This document shows, one piece after another, positions 13,108 to 28,892 of a stretch of DNA of 64,000 nucleotides (the stretch's first letter is position 1; each line of letters begins with the position of its first letter). Below the pieces are notes generated by a model. It was not told the DNA's origin. It searched no databases and worked only from the letters and a program-made list of their open reading frames with translations. The position numbers and the translations under genes are program-made. The DNA is taken from contig OX597841.1 of assembly GCA_951406725.2 (NCBI GenBank), positions 25,110,001-25,174,000 of the forward strand, written 5' to 3'. Source of the stretch: Octopus vulgaris. Lineage: Eukaryota.

Positions 13108-13540
13108 TTAACAACAAACAAGATGTGGACAGATATCCATCAAATGTAAATAAAGTAAATAATGTACATAATTCCTCATCTCTTAAATATAGAACACCAT
13201 TAAGTTCTGGGTTTGATTTCTCAAACTAAACCCTTCAAAGTAACAAAGTGAGCGGTGCCCCAGTATGGCAGCAATCCAGTGACTGAAACAAGCAAAAGAT
13301 AAAAGATACACATTCTGCATGGAGAGCCATTGAATGGAGTGCCTGTATTTCAAAATGTAATCCCTTTTTGTCAGATACTCAGTGTCACACTGGATGTGAC
13401 TGGGGATTTTATTACGGGTATTAAGGGTATCTGTGGTAATACTCAACGACTTAACACCATGAAAGACTGGAATATCCATCATTGGAACCTATGGATGGAT
13501 GACCTAATTACCGTGTCTGTGTGTGGTAGTTGTGTGTATA

Positions 13541-13578
<38 letters not shown>

Positions 13579-13732
13579 TGTGTGTGTGTGTATGTCTGTA
13601 TATGTGTGTATACATACATACATACATAATACATACATACATATATACATACATGCATACATACATACATACATACATACATGCATACATACATAATACA
13701 TACATACATATATACATACATATATACATACA

Positions 13733-13766
<34 letters not shown>

Positions 13767-14528
13767 CATACATACATACATAATACATACATAGATACAT
13801 ACATACATCCATACATCCATCCATGCATACATACATACATAAATACATACATACATACATACATACATACATAATACATACATATATACATAAATACATA
13901 CATACATTCTTCAATTTCTGCAATTTCAACCAATCACTGACGTCTATTGAGGTAAAAAAAAAACATTCTGTGCCGTATGAATATGTCCCTCGTTTAAGAA
14001 ACAGACTGGGTTTATTTACATTTGTGAAGGAAAAAAGATACCCTTCCCCCCACCCCTAATCCTAACTAACCCTAACCCTAAAACAGATTGAAATGCAATA
14101 GATCGATACTAGGGTCATAATTACGGGTGACAATTTCATATGACACCGCTAGAAAAACTGCCGTTCAAACCGAAAAAGATCCCACTTTTCTTTCCAAATC
14201 AACCGCCAGTGAGTGGAGGGGTGGGAGTGTCTTGACTAAAGAAGTAGAAGTCTTTCTTCAATCCCTCCACCCCCGCCCACCACAAACTCTTTCCGCCTTG
14301 CCACTAGACAGAGGAAGAGTCCCTGCCCTGCGCTTGGTTCATTCATCCAACATTCAACAACAGTTGTTCCACATAAATCCACCAATCAGCACCGCACCAG
14401 CACGTGCAATATGCTTCCGTTATAGACGGAAGTATATATGCAATATACTTCCGTTCAGGAAGCACACGCAACATGTTTCCTGTACGCCTCGAGCGGCCCT
14501 GCTTTGTGTTACTTCAGTGTCTGGAGAG

Positions 14529-14628
14529 NNNNNNNNNNNNNNNNNNNNNNNNNNNNNNNNNNNNNNNNNNNNNNNNNNNNNNNNNNNNNNNNNNNNNNNN
14601 NNNNNNNNNNNNNNNNNNNNNNNNNNNN
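14529..14628. other. Scaffold gap (100 N)
   Basis: Run of exactly 100 N. Confidence 1.
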
Positions 14629-14930
14629 ACATATTACATGTACTATATATATATACATCTACACATAAAATACAAAATACAAAGTTATATCTTGATATCG
14701 CTAGTGATAACAATACTCAAAATATATAACAGACTGGAATTGTTAGCCCGTCTCTTGTAATTTCGATCAATTGTATCTTGTCCTCTCTCTTGTATAGAAG
14801 TTTGTCTCCTCTGTGTTTAGCCCCTTGTGGGTACGTCCCAGATCTAAATGTAAAAACGAAATATTTCCACTTTGCAAGTTCGAGTCAGACACAGACAGAC
14901 ACACATTCTCAGTTTTATATATATAAAGAT

Positions 14931-15871
14931 ATACAGAACCCCAGCGATGTTGCACACCTGCAGCAGGAGTTGGACTCAATCTACAGATGGGCTGAGGGTA
15001 ATAATATGCAGTTTAATGCTGAAAAATTCCAGGCCCTGCGCTACCAGCATCCAAAACTGAATATTAAACTTACAGGATACACCGGTCCTCAGGGAATTTC
15101 AATCCCAGAGCCTAAGTCTGTGAGGGACCTGGGTATCGACATGAGTGATGATGCCTCTTTCCAAGTGCACATTACCAGGATGGCGACAAATTGCAGACAA
15201 CTGGCTGGGTGGATCCTAAGAACATTCAGAACCAGAGATAAGGAAACCATGATGGTCCTCTGGCGGACATTCGTCCTCAGTCGCCTGGATTACTGCTCAC
15301 AGCTATGGTTACCCACCAGTGTAAAATTAACAGCAGACTTTGAAGCAATCCAGAGAAGATTCACAAAGAAGATCGTCTCTTTGCAACAGCTCAGCTACTG
15401 GGAAAGGTTGAAACAGTTAAGACTCTACTCCCTGGAGAGAAGACGGGAGAGGTATGCAGTAATATATATCTGGAAGATCCTGGAAGGAATTGTGCCCAAT
15501 TTTGGCATTGTAATCTACACCAATGCTAGAACGGGACGACACTGTATAGTGCCAAAGATCCCAGCAATGCCATCACGCTTCAGGAGCAGCTTCTGCAACA
15601 GCCTGGGTTTCAAGGGCCCACAGCTTTTTAATATTCTCCCAAAGAGTCTGAGGAACTTGCACAAAGTAGATGTAGCGGTTTTTCAAAGCTGAACATCTTC
15701 CTGTCAAGAGTCCCAGATGAACCTACATCACGGCAAGAGGTGCAAATGAGAGTAGCTATATCAAACTCCATTTTTCATCAAGTGCCACATGTCAGACGAG
15801 GTTCTTCCTAATAACAGTGTAGCACAAAACGGCGGTACATCAGCATGGCCGCAGCTCTGAGCTGAAACTAG

Positions 15872-15879
<8 letters not shown>
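14931..15879 (+). mobile_element. 5'-truncated CR1/L2-group LINE, duplicate of 6825-7773
   Basis: The 304-aa ORF translations differ at one residue (R/Q). Confidence 0.9.
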
Positions 15880-15913
<34 letters not shown>

Positions 15914-15947
15914 CTATACACACACACATATATATATATATACTATA

Positions 15948-16003
<56 letters not shown>

Positions 16004-16126
16004 TATTGTATATATATATATATTTATATATAACTATACATATATATGTATATATATAAACATATATATCTGTACATATATATAACTATATATATATATA
16101 TATATATACATATATATATAAATCTG

Positions 16127-16191
<65 letters not shown>

Positions 16192-16779
16192 TATATATAT
16201 ACACATATATATGTATATATAAATACATATATATGTATAGTTATATATATATATATGCACATATATATGTATATATATATATACATACATATATATGTAT
16301 AGTTATATACATATACAGATATATACATATATATACTTATATACACATATATATTATATATGTACACATATATATGTATATATATATATAATATATATAT
16401 ATATATATAGTTATATACATATACAGATATATACATATATACACATATATAATATAATATATATTTGTGTATATATGTATACGTATATATATATGTATAT
16501 GTATATAACTATATATATATATATGTATGTATGTATGTATGTATATATATACATATATATATATATTCATATAAATATATATATATACACACATGTATAT
16601 ATATACATATATACACATATATTATATATATATATTTTTTTTCTAGTTTCAGCTCAGAGCTGCAGCCATGCTGAGGCACCGCCGTTTGTGCTACACAGTT
16701 ATTACGAAGAACCTTCCCTAATATGTGGCACTTGGTGAAAAATGGTGTTTGAATTAGCTACTCTCATTTGCACCGCTTG

Positions 16780-16895
<116 letters not shown>

Positions 16896-17596
16896 ATATA
16901 AGTTCTGAGTTGAAATATATAAGTTGCGAGTTCAAATTCCACTGAGGTTGACATTACCGTTCATCCTTTTGGGGTAGATAAATTAACTACCAGTTGTGTA
17001 CTGAGCTCAATCTAATCGACTGGCCCCATTCTCCCAAAATTTCGGTCGTTGTGCCTAGAGTAGAAATCAATATATTTTAAATGGAATTAATTTTCTTAGC
17101 CGTCTATTAGTTGTTGTATGCTTGATGTTTAACAAGATTTCACTTCCTGCAGCTAATGTTCACTGTAACCTCTATACACAATGATTATTTTAACCAAATA
17201 AAAAACGGAAAAAACTAAAGCGTAATAATGACTTGGGCATCATATAAATTAAAGGAGGAAATACTTGAGCGTTCATGCAGTTTTCTCTCCCCCCATCTCT
17301 CTCTCCCTCTCTCTCTCTCTCTTTTCTCTTTCTCTCTCACACACTCCGTAAAGTTTGTGAAGGAGAGTCACATACAAATTGAGAATTATACCAGAGTAAC
17401 GGGCTACCCTCATTGTTGTACGTACATGCTAAATCACACTCGCAAAGCGTACACACATCGTTGCTAGAGTTTCATTGAAATAACATTACCTATAGGGAAT
17501 TAACCAACTCTGAAGAAAGAGAGCCATTCGAAAAGCACTACATAATCTCATTAATTCAAATACAAAGACACACGGATTTAAAATTCAAGTACTTAC

Positions 17597-18540
17597 TTCA
17601 AACCATTAATGAAAAATTTTTCAGTAATATAATCTCTACAATTGGAATTTTCGAATGCCAAATAAAATTTGTATTCCTTTTTCAACATCTCAAAGCAACT
17701 ATATTTATCCTCTCTTTTGCAAACTTTTGTACCACATCTACCATAAATATCCACCTGGATATATTTTCCGAGCTCCTTAGCATAACCCATTCGATTGTTG
17801 GTTGGACCACAGTTCGATACGAACCAAGCAACCTTCTTTGTTTTTCCCGCTGCATAATTTTGAAATTGTACTTTTTGTCTTACTGACTTGTTAAAATATC
17901 GAAATTTTCCGTAAGGATATACAATCGTACTGTCCTGCCGATAATTAATCGTCCAGTTGATTTTGTTTCCCACGTGTTTCACTGATGGGTTGAAAACAGG
18001 ACACTCTTGTGTCATATAAATCCATATTTGGTTCGTGTGGGTTGGTTTCTGTGATAGTCCCACTTTCTCATAAAAGAAAATAGCATCTACACTATTTTGC
18101 ATTGCTTTGTTGTTTGTGACTAAACATTCATTAACTGGACATTTATATTCCAGGAAACTCGTTTGATTTTCCTTCAATGGTTGCAGATATCTTAAACTGT
18201 ATATTAACAACGTTTTAAACTTTGGTTTATTTGGCTTTAACTTTACATTTCGATCAGAATCTGATTGATTTTGGTGCGTATTCCGTGTATAATTTTCCCA
18301 TCTTTCCTCTCCTGGTGGGACATATTTCATTTGAGCTTCGATACGATCGTTTTCAGGCTGATTACCTGGAAACAATCGAGAGGAATTCCTTCTGTAGGAA
18401 ACATACTGCTTAGTTGTTGAAGTCCAATTCCAAATGTCTTGTAGTTTCTTGAGATTATATTCAAATTGAGAAATATAAAAACAAATGCGTACTACTATGA
18501 ATATGACAAAGACTGAAAACATCTTGCGGTAGGTGTCCAT
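17597..18540 (-). CDS. GT10 alpha-1,3-fucosyltransferase, large 5' coding exon, copy 2
   Basis: Same motifs as copy 1; donor GTAAGT at 17591-17596; candidate acceptor TTTTATGATTTTATAG with the exon starting at 18652. Confidence 0.9.
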
Positions 18541-19147
18541 TCCTTATTTGGTGTGATGTGAACAGTTTCAAGTCGTTATTCATGTAGCAGTAAGTATTTC
18601 TTGAATGAGGCAGTGAACTAGTTAGGTAAAAGGATTGATCAGTAACAAAGATCTATAAAATCATAAAACAAACAATTATTGTCTACTTTATCAGGAAAAA
18701 CTAGCCAATAGACTGTTGACAAATTGTTAGATCAAGAGACAAATATCAGCTAAAAGACACCTTAATGCCTTCGATAATTAAATTCAATAGCACATTGATA
18801 CACACACACACACACACACACACACACCACACATATGCAGGCACGCACATACACACTCATACACACACGCACGCACGCGTATCCCCCAAGCACATACACT
18901 AAATACATATATACATATATGATATGTTAAATATGCATATGAGGGACACATGTGAACAAGTAGGGTAACAGTTGTTGATAACATCCATTCACTTGCAAAA
19001 CGTCTGAATATTTACTGTCAGTCTTATGGCGAGTATATGTGTGGAGTCGTATGCGTTATCCTTTCCAATGGAACTCTCACTTATGAACAAGTCAACACAT
19101 GTTTGTATAGCACTATCAACCCTAGCTAAATCATATATTTATATATA

Positions 19148-19194
<47 letters not shown>

Positions 19195-19203
19195 GTATAT
19201 ATG

Positions 19204-19275
<72 letters not shown>

Positions 19276-20900
19276 AGGGATGACCTCTACGTGGACATTG
19301 ATATGCTAGAAGTAGATCCGCTATGGTCTTACCACTAAGAAAGCATTGTTCTCAACAAAATCTTAGCAAACTCCAAAAGGTAAGCGAACAAGACAAACGA
19401 AAAGAATCAAAAGAATTGGGGCGTTAATCCTCTAAAACACAATAACATGCAATAAACATTAAGCATTTTAAAATAAACATAACACTGAGGATTTTCAACC
19501 TCTTGTCACTATTCCTCCCCAACATCGCTTGTGTCCGTATACTCTGCCATCACCCTCATCTCATTCAAGACCAAGGCGGGATCCGAGCCGGCGTCGCCTG
19601 GCCACAAGCGACATTTCTCATTGAGTCCCTGCAGCCTATATACATCACGGGCAACGTTATGACCTCCACAACTATCTGCAGAGGCCATTCGGGATCCTGT
19701 GTCAAGGTTAAAGGTACTCCCTTATGGTGCTTTTCCACCACCTCTTCTACCTCACCACCTCTGTAGAAGAAGACCAATAGTTCATCTTCCCATTGGTTCG
19801 AGGTAGTCAATTCTACCGTTGGTGACACAATTCCCTCCAACTGTGTCTCTTCTGCTGGTAGCAGAACCCCTACCGGCAAGGTTCCACGACATTCCGGTGC
19901 TATGTCACCGACTGCCGGCAATGTCCCGTTTCTCTTCCTCTTCCTCTTTTTTCTCAAATGAAGGAGGGTGCGTCTCCTCCGTGACTAGGATATTCGCCTC
20001 CCCTCCCTCATCCCAAGGATCCTTCGGTGAGCACCCATTGTTGCTCACCTTCCTCTTGCGGCCCTTCTTTGAGGAGTCCTCCGTCTCCTCGTCCGCCTTA
20101 GTTCCTTCTTCTACAGAGGTCTCAATCAACTGCTCCAGTACCTTGCTTTGTTCCTGAGGAGTTTTTCTTTATATGGCCAGGCTCTAGGTACCTATGACAC
20201 CTGGTGGGGGGTGGGAACGACCCTCAAGAATCAAGGCCATTTTCAAAAAATCTGGCATAAACAGATTCATGACTGATTGGGTCCACAGGGTCAAAACAGC
20301 TTTTGACACAACCCAATCAGCCGTAGGAAGAATTTTTACATTGAGGAGTCATATCCTTCAATCTGGAAAAAAAGAGTTGGCAGGTCAGCTTATTAGATGT
20401 GGTGGAAGCACTCCGTCGGTTACGACGACGAGGGTTCCGGTTGATCCGAATCAACGGAACAGCCTGCTCGTGAAATTAACGTGTAAGTGGCTGAGCACTC
20501 CTCAGACACGTGTACCCTTAACGTAGTTCTCGGGGATATTCAGCGTGACACAGAGAGTGACAAGGCCGGCCCTTTGAAATACAGGTACAACAGAAACAGG
20601 AAGTAAGAGTGAGAGGAAGTTGTGGTGAAAGAGTACAGCAGGGATCACCACCATCCCCTGCCGGAGCCTCGTGGAGCTTTAGGTGTTTTCACTCAATAAA
20701 CACTCACAACGCCCGGTCTGGGAATCGAAACTGCGATCCTATGACCGCGAGTCCGCTGCCCTAACCACCGGGCCATTGCGCCTCCACTTATTTGATGTAT
20801 AGTATTAACAAGCTAAAATGTAACCTAGGACAGTTATAACTGGCTCTCCAAAAGAGGCCTCAAAACTCCCCAAGATTCCGAGTTCGATTCCAGGTAGTGA

Positions 20901-21062
<162 letters not shown>

Positions 21063-21077
21063 TAATAACAATTAATA

Positions 21078-21127
<50 letters not shown>

Positions 21128-21183
21128 AACAGCATAGAAAAATACCTTAGAAATGAGAACCCAGGTTCGAAACTTCCCCAAGT

Positions 21184-21225
21184 CACCTGATGAAGGCTGG
21201 AGGGTATATCAGCCGAAACGTTGTG
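21184..21225 (+). ncRNA. Minimal hammerhead-like motif, duplicate of 13066-13107
   Basis: Identical sequence inside the 8-kb duplication. Confidence 0.6.
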
Positions 21226-21653
21226 TTAACAACAAACAAGATGTGGACAGATATCCATCAAATGTAAATAAAGTAAATAATGTACATAATTCCTCATCTC
21301 TTAAATATAGAACACCATTAAGTTCTGGGTTTGATTTCTCAAACTAAACCCTTCAAAGTAACAAAGTGAGCGGTGCCCCAGTATGGCAGCAATCCAGTGA
21401 CTGAAACAAGCAAAAGATAAAAGATACACATTCTGCATGGAGAGCCATTGAATGGAGTGCCTGTATTTCAAAATGTAATCCCTTTTGTCAGATACTCAGT
21501 GTCACACTGGATGTGACTGGGGATTTTATTACGGGTATTAAGGGTATCTGTGGTAATACTCAACGACTTAACACCATGAAAGACTGGAATATCCATCATT
21601 GGAACCTATGGATGGATGACCTAATTACCGTGTCTGTGTGTGGTAGTTGTGTG

Positions 21654-21697
<44 letters not shown>

Positions 21698-21953
21698 TGT
21701 GTGTGTGTGTGTGTATGTCTGTATATGTGTGTATACATACATACATACATAATACATACATACATATATACATACATGCATACATACATAATACATACAT
21801 ACATATATACATACATAAATACATACACACATACATACATAATACATACATACATATATATATACATACATACATACATAATACATACATAGATACATAC
21901 ATACATCCATACATCCATCCATGCATACATACATACATAAATACATACATACA

Positions 21954-21985
<32 letters not shown>

Positions 21986-23567
21986 CATAAATACATACAT
22001 ACATTCTTCAATTTCTGCAATTTCAACCAATCACTGACGTCTATTGAGGTAAAAAAAAACATTCTGTGCCGTATGAATATGTCCCTCGTTTAAGAAACAG
22101 ACTGGGTTTATTTACATTTGTGAAGGAAAAAAGATACCCTTCCCCCCACCCCTAATCCTAACTAACCCTAACCCTAAAACAGATTGAAATGCAATAGATC
22201 GATACTAGGGTCATAATTACGGGTGACAATTTCATATGACACCGCTAGAAAAACTGCCGTTCAAACCGAAAAGATCCCACTTTTCTTTCCAAATCAACCG
22301 CCAGTGAGTGGAGGGGTGGGAGTGTCTTGATTAAAGAAGTAGAAGTCTTTCTTCAATCCCTCCAGCCCCGCCCACCACAAACTCTTTCCGCCTTGCCACT
22401 AGACAGAGGAAGAGTCCCTGCCCTGCGCTTGGTTCATTCATCCAACATTCAACAACAGTTGTTCCACATAAATCCACCAATCAGCACCGCACCAGCACGT
22501 GCAATATGCTTCCGTTATAGACGGAAGTATATATGCAATATACTTCCGTTCAGGAAGCACACGCAACATGTTTCCTGTACGCCTCGAGCGGCCCTGCTTG
22601 GTGTTACTTCAGTGTCTGGAGAGTTTATCTCGAACCAGCAGTGCTATCGTTAGTAGCACCGTCAGATCAAGGATTTCTGGAGATTATCCGCGCAATTTCT
22701 GGCCCGAACGTCCTCCGAAACAGACCAGCTAATTCGTTCTCTTCGACATCCAGCGTCGTTCAGAAAATGTCATCTTGCTCATTTCTGCTGTGACCACCAC
22801 TACAGAAATAAGACGAACGTCGGAGAATAAACATTATGTACAGACTGGTACACTGCAGTATCATAGAGCTTAACAAATGGTACAATAAGGTCGTCACGAA
22901 GAGAGAGAAGTGAGATTGGTGAAACAAGAGATGAGTTCCACTCCTGCCAGCATCATCAGTACTTAGAAACTCATTTACTGACCTGCAAACCATAAGACTG
23001 CTGGATCACAGCCCACGTTGCTTACACTATTAGCACACCGGGCGAAATACCTAGAGCAGGGATGTCAAACTCAATCGCAAAGGAGGTGGGGGCAAAGATC
23101 AAATCACACTTAAGGTTGCAGGTCGAACTGGACAAATATTACTTAAGCAGTGGAAAACTAAAGCTTTTAGGAGTCGCGACCCACAGATGGGGGTCGTGAA
23201 CGGAATCTTAGTGGGTCGCAAAAAGTTATAAAATTACGCATTAGCTTTGGTTAACTGCTGTCTATCGAGATAGTTCAAGACTTATGTTTTCAATACCAGA
23301 CTTGTTGTTTTATCAAGCAGCAGGCTTTTTCACGAACTTAACAAATCAGAGGTTGTCATTTTCTCAAGTTATTTATTCGTACGTAATCGTAAAAAGGAAA
23401 GGTCTGTTTTTACCTATTTATAGAGAACTTTAACTAGGCGAAGTATAACACTGATTGAGCCGATAACAGTTACTACTTCAAGGTTTTGTATTAGTGTTAG
23501 TATTTACACATAGGGTATAGAGACGTTGAAACAGTTATAAAACGTTTTGTTTCACATTTAATATAAA

Positions 23568-23875
23568 CTAGCAGTATCGCCCGGCGTTGCTCGGGTTTGT
23601 AAGGGAAATAACTATATAAGCATTTTTAGAGAGTTACTTCACTTATATAACCCGAGCAAAAATCATTAAAAATGCGGAAAAATGATGGTAATTTTTTTTT
23701 TTTAATCGTAGACTCATCGTAGACGCGCGCTAATACCCAGAAGGGCTCGATATGAATCACGACTATAAGATACCCGCTTTTGGTGAAACTGCACCGCAAC
23801 ATGTGGGAGTAGTTAGGAATCTAAATCGGAGGAGACAGAGTCTCACACACACAACTTCAATTTTATATATAAAGA
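23568..23875 (-). mobile_element. Non-autonomous Helitron, apparently nested in a hAT-like MITE (~23170-23996)
   Basis: A|TCTTTATATATAAAA 5' end, CCCGAGCAACGCCGGG hairpin and CTAG|T 3' end, no TSD. Confidence 0.8.
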
Positions 23876-24461
23876 TGTAATCTAAAATAAATTTGTTAAT
23901 TTCATTAAGGTTTTTACTCAGTAGAGTTAAGTGGATCGTCATAAACTGGTGTGATAAATAGTGGGTCGTGACTCTAAAGAGTTTGAGAACTACTGGTTTA
24001 GGTACCAGTTAAGCACTAAGGACCAATGTAATTGATTAGTCCCCCACTCCCGCAAATGTTAGCCATTGGTACCTAAACTACAAAGAGTTATCATTTACTT
24101 ATTTAGGTTCTGAAATTTTCTTTGTCATGTTTTGCGTTTGTTTTTGTCTTTTAAATATATTTTATTCTCTTTTTTCTCTCTCCACAGAATTCCAGTCCAG
24201 GAAAAACACAAGAAAACCTTCAGTTACAGTTTGTCATAACCACTTTATGTTTGTATGTGTGTAGACACACCCGCACAAACACACATATGTGCATACACAT
24301 AATTACTTGCACACACACACACACACACCCTCACATATACGCATACAGACACATACAAACACATATATGAATGTGTGCTTTATGTATATACATATACACA
24401 TACGGAGATGTACTTGCATAGCGAGTGACTTGATCTGAGATTGGGTGCTGGAACGAAAACA

Positions 24462-24738
24462 ATTGCAGCGTGGAAGGTGTTTATAAGCCATTTAAGAAAC
24501 ACACAAAACCGTTAGATTCACTTCAAAGTTTAAGTTTAATTTGTCAAAATATTTTTGTCGCTTTGAAACCACGACCTGTTCACTGACAAAACTTAGATGC
24601 AGCACAAAGTTTGTCAGTGAACAGGTCGCGGTCTCAAAGCGACGAAAATATTTTGACAAATTAAATTTAAATTTTGAAGTGAATCTAACGGTTTTGAGTG
24701 TTTCTTAAACGGCTTATAAACACCTTCCATGCTGCAAT
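24462..24738. repeat. Imperfect palindrome (~133-bp arms) with a hammerhead-shaped fold in the arms
   Basis: ATTGCAGCGTGGAAGGTGTTTATAAGCC..CACTGACAAA pairs with TTTGTCAGTG..GGCTTATAAACACCTTCCATGCTGCAAT. Confidence 0.9.
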
Positions 24739-25223
24739 ATACACAAACATTTTATACAAACATACACATACATATATATACAAACATCTCAGAAGTAAAT
24801 ACACATTTTTTTTCTAAAGATTTATTTCTAGGAACCAAATAATATCATTCAATGTCTTTAAACCTTTAATCTAGACCAGTGGTTTTCAACCAGCGTTCCG
24901 CGGAACATTAGGGTTCCGCCAGTACAGTCCCGGGGTTCCGCAAGAAGTTACAAAAATGCTAAAATCGGCAGTAATTTTTAATTCTCCTGTGCAGATATGT
25001 GTGCATAAGACAATTAAATTATTACACAGGGGTTCCTCAAGCCAGTGGAACGTATCTTCTCCAGCTGGCTATTGACACACTTTCTGTGCCCTATCAGCTT
25101 TTACAAAGGGAAGCCATCCTTCCCATCGTCGACCTGACGTGATACGCACGGATCTGAGTTTCTGGGTATTTACCCGTCGTCAGCGCACGACAATCACCGG
25201 TCTTCGTTTCCTTGAGGTGTCTA

Positions 25224-25260
<37 letters not shown>

Positions 25261-25345
25261 TAAATTAGAGATAAAACCACTATTAGGCAAATCAAACAAT
25301 GAAAAACATAAGCCAATACATAAAATTAATTTAATTTATATTATT

Positions 25346-25382
<37 letters not shown>

Positions 25383-25431
25383 GTACACATACATCTGCAC
25401 ACAACACTCACACATAAGCATGCTCGCACAG

Positions 25432-25472
<41 letters not shown>

Positions 25473-25758
25473 CACAAATGCGCACATCAATTTCAATATG
25501 TGAGACTGATGAAGACAGCTGAACTCCTTTCTCTTTCACTTTCCCTCCCACCACTACCAACACCAGAATAGTCACTTATTATTATTATCTAACACTGAAT
25601 GGTTTTTGTAATTCTGAGCTGGGACTCTTGAGCTGTAAAATCAGAAACTTTTATTTCGATATATCAATATTTTGGGCACATGGCTCGTAGTCAGGACAGA
25701 ACAGGAACCGCAGAGATGAAATGAGATTTGAACTGATGATGTTGAAGTCAATATAGAC

Positions 25759-26109
<351 letters not shown>

Positions 26110-26330
26110 TGGAGAAACTCTCAAAATACAAAGACCTGGAAATAGAGGTAACTAGAATGTGGAATCATATAACATACAGAAAATTGTACTACTAGGCACT
26201 GCACACATCCTATGCAGAACACTTTCCATACAATAACCATCAGAGCATCACAACAAATCACAGCACATACCCAAGGCACACAGAGCTGCGCTCGGTAGTG
26301 AAGTGAAAGCACGCTATAAAAATAAAACTA

Positions 26331-26334
<4 letters not shown>
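26110..26334 (+). mobile_element. 3' fragment of R4/Dong-like RLE retrotransposon embedded in (TAA)n
   Basis: Translates EKLSKYKDLEIEVTRMW..IQKIVLLGTAHILCRTLSIQ*, with (AAT)n on both sides. Dong elements are known to target TAA repeats. Confidence 0.65.
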
Positions 26335-26425
<91 letters not shown>

Positions 26426-27439
26426 TAACAAAATAATAATAATAACAATAATAATAATAACAACAACACAATAATAATAATAACAACAATAATAATAACA
26501 ACAAAATAATAATGGTAATAAAAGCGGGACGCTACTGTAGCTTGTAGCCCCAGGAGAATATCTTCTCCAGCTGGCTATTGACACACTTTCTGTGCCCTAT
26601 CAGCATTTACAAAGGGAAGCCATCCTTCCCATCGTCGACCTGACGTGATACGCACGGACCCGAGTTTCTGGGTTTTTACCCGTCGTCAGCACACGACAAT
26701 CACCGGTCTTCGATGCGACAGGGGTCCACATTTAAGTGGCAAGTATACTTCACGTTGTCCTGCAGCTACAGTTTATACCTCGTTCCGAGATTTACTGTTG
26801 CTTATTTACACTGTATAATAAATTTATGGCAATTTTATGTAGAAAACTTCCCAGCTTCCCATAATAGAATATCAACTGCTGTCTTATTGTGTATCAGAAA
26901 ATGTATATAAGTTGAAACAATTTGTTGGCCTTTTATGATTTTTTTTCAATAACTGTTTATGTTATTCAATATTATATTATATTCATAGTATATCATGTAA
27001 TATTATAATATAAATAAATTATTGGATTGTCTATAGTATCCCTGTTTTATTTTGTAAATATTGGTATAATGCAATATTATACCAATACTTATATGGTATT
27101 CAACTCTTTTCGTCTATTTGTTACTATGTATGTATGGTTTGTATGTATGTATTGTAAGTATGTATGTATGTTTATATATATATATATAAACTCTCTCACA
27201 CACAAGCAAGCACGCCTGCGTATGCATTAGCCAGATTAATTCGTTTCTTATTTTCCAACATTATTTCAATCCTCCTCAAAATATATTTATCCAGACTTTT
27301 ACGAGTGTTTAGTATTTCTATCTATTTTTCTCCTCATTTTAAGTTTATCATTTTGAGAGTTCAATAAATTTTACCACTTTTCAAGAGAATGAAATTGGAG
27401 GGTCAAAGAGGATTCATGCCAGTTCATTCGGGTATTGAA

Positions 27440-28130
27440 CCAGCGGATGGGAGGTTCTCTGATACCGTCGCGAATCACCTACACTCGATGGGTAAGGTCC
27501 AAAATCTTATTGCATGAGTATCATACGGTCTGAACAAAAGAGACACACTCCAGGCTACCCGTGGATACAGGCAGAGATTTCTTTACCCCCGATGCCACTG
27601 GTGACTAAAAATGGTGTCTTTACGTCAATTTGATGCAGCGGAAAGAATGGCTGGGTTCCGGCAAGCAAGTAAAGAGCTGCATCCATACAAAAACAACGAT
27701 CTGCGTTAGGTGTGATTGGGAGGGGATAATCCACGGCGAAATACTGGGGAATAATCCTCCGATCAATGCAGAAATTTACGTTCGGCAAATACACCAGATG
27801 AATGAGACAATCCCCCCGAAACAAGGTGATCGCACGCCCTCACTTCAATAATTTAAAGAAATTATTTTATTCAAGAGCTCGGTTGGGAAGTTCTAGCACA
27901 CCCACCACATTCTCCTGATATAGCACCTTCAGATTATCAACTTTTCGTTCAGTCGCTCTCCGACAATCTACAAGGCATTTCGTTCAACTACGACATGAAG
28001 TTGAAAACAAGGCTCGATGAATTCTTCGATTGCAAGACCAGGAAATTTCTAGCGTCAGGGCATTGAAAAGCTAATAAAATATCGGTAAGGAGTTGTGATC
28101 AATGAAGTAGAAGATTTTATTGACAGATTT
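27440..28130 (+). mobile_element. Degenerate mariner transposase
   Basis: NHLHSMGKVQ, TGD*KWCLYVN, DWEGIIH, ELGWEVLAHPPHSPDIAPSDYQLF (YSPDLAP-type motif), with stops and frameshifts. Confidence 0.85.
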
Positions 28131-28833
28131 GGTAAAACTTATGGATGAAAAAATATGGATTAAAATAAATGGGGGGAAAAATGAACGAATTTATCTGAGA
28201 ATGCGATGTGTGTAACTATTCTACACGTTGTCTAACCCGGGGCTGTCGCTATGCTACTACAACCCTTGCGGTCGCAGGGAGCCTCCGCGGCTGAGAGGCC
28301 CATGTTAAGATCAAAGAACGTAGATGAGTCATCTGTTTACTTTGGTTAAAGTGTTGAACAAGAATTAAACTATGTTAACTGAAAATTTCAAGAAATAAAA
28401 TGGTAATACATTGTAGATGCAGAAGATCTTTGTAAAAATATTACATTGTACCACGAACGTGAAGCAGATTTTGTGGATTGTCTATGGTATCTATTGAACA
28501 CGAACCTAGCTCTCAGCTTCATTAATCTGAACTGATCGATGATTTCACGAAGCGAAAAGTGCGCCGTGTTTGTCTTTGAAAGTTACCTGGATTATAAAAG
28601 TGCCCTTTTATTCATACCTGGAAGTTTTACTGATTGAAATGTGTAACAGATCTGAATAAATTTAACTTTTCGTGTTTTTTAAAGATGTTCTTTAGGGTAA
28701 CGCGAGATATTGAACAATGAATTTTGATTGAATGGATGGGACCTCGAAACAAAATGTTGCAGGGGGTGGCCTCTAAAAGTCATGCAACGGAACTTTAGCT
28801 AGCGAGTTTAAATGTACGTGTATATATATATGC

Positions 28834-28892
<59 letters not shown>

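Noticed and set aside
14053-14081. CCCTAA telomere-like repeats (also ~22150)
   Set aside because: Only 3-4 imperfect units inside a dispersed repeat.
22260-23040. CpG-richer stretch as FucT promoter or first exon
   Set aside because: No diagnostic motif or splice evidence; cannot be supported without transcript data.
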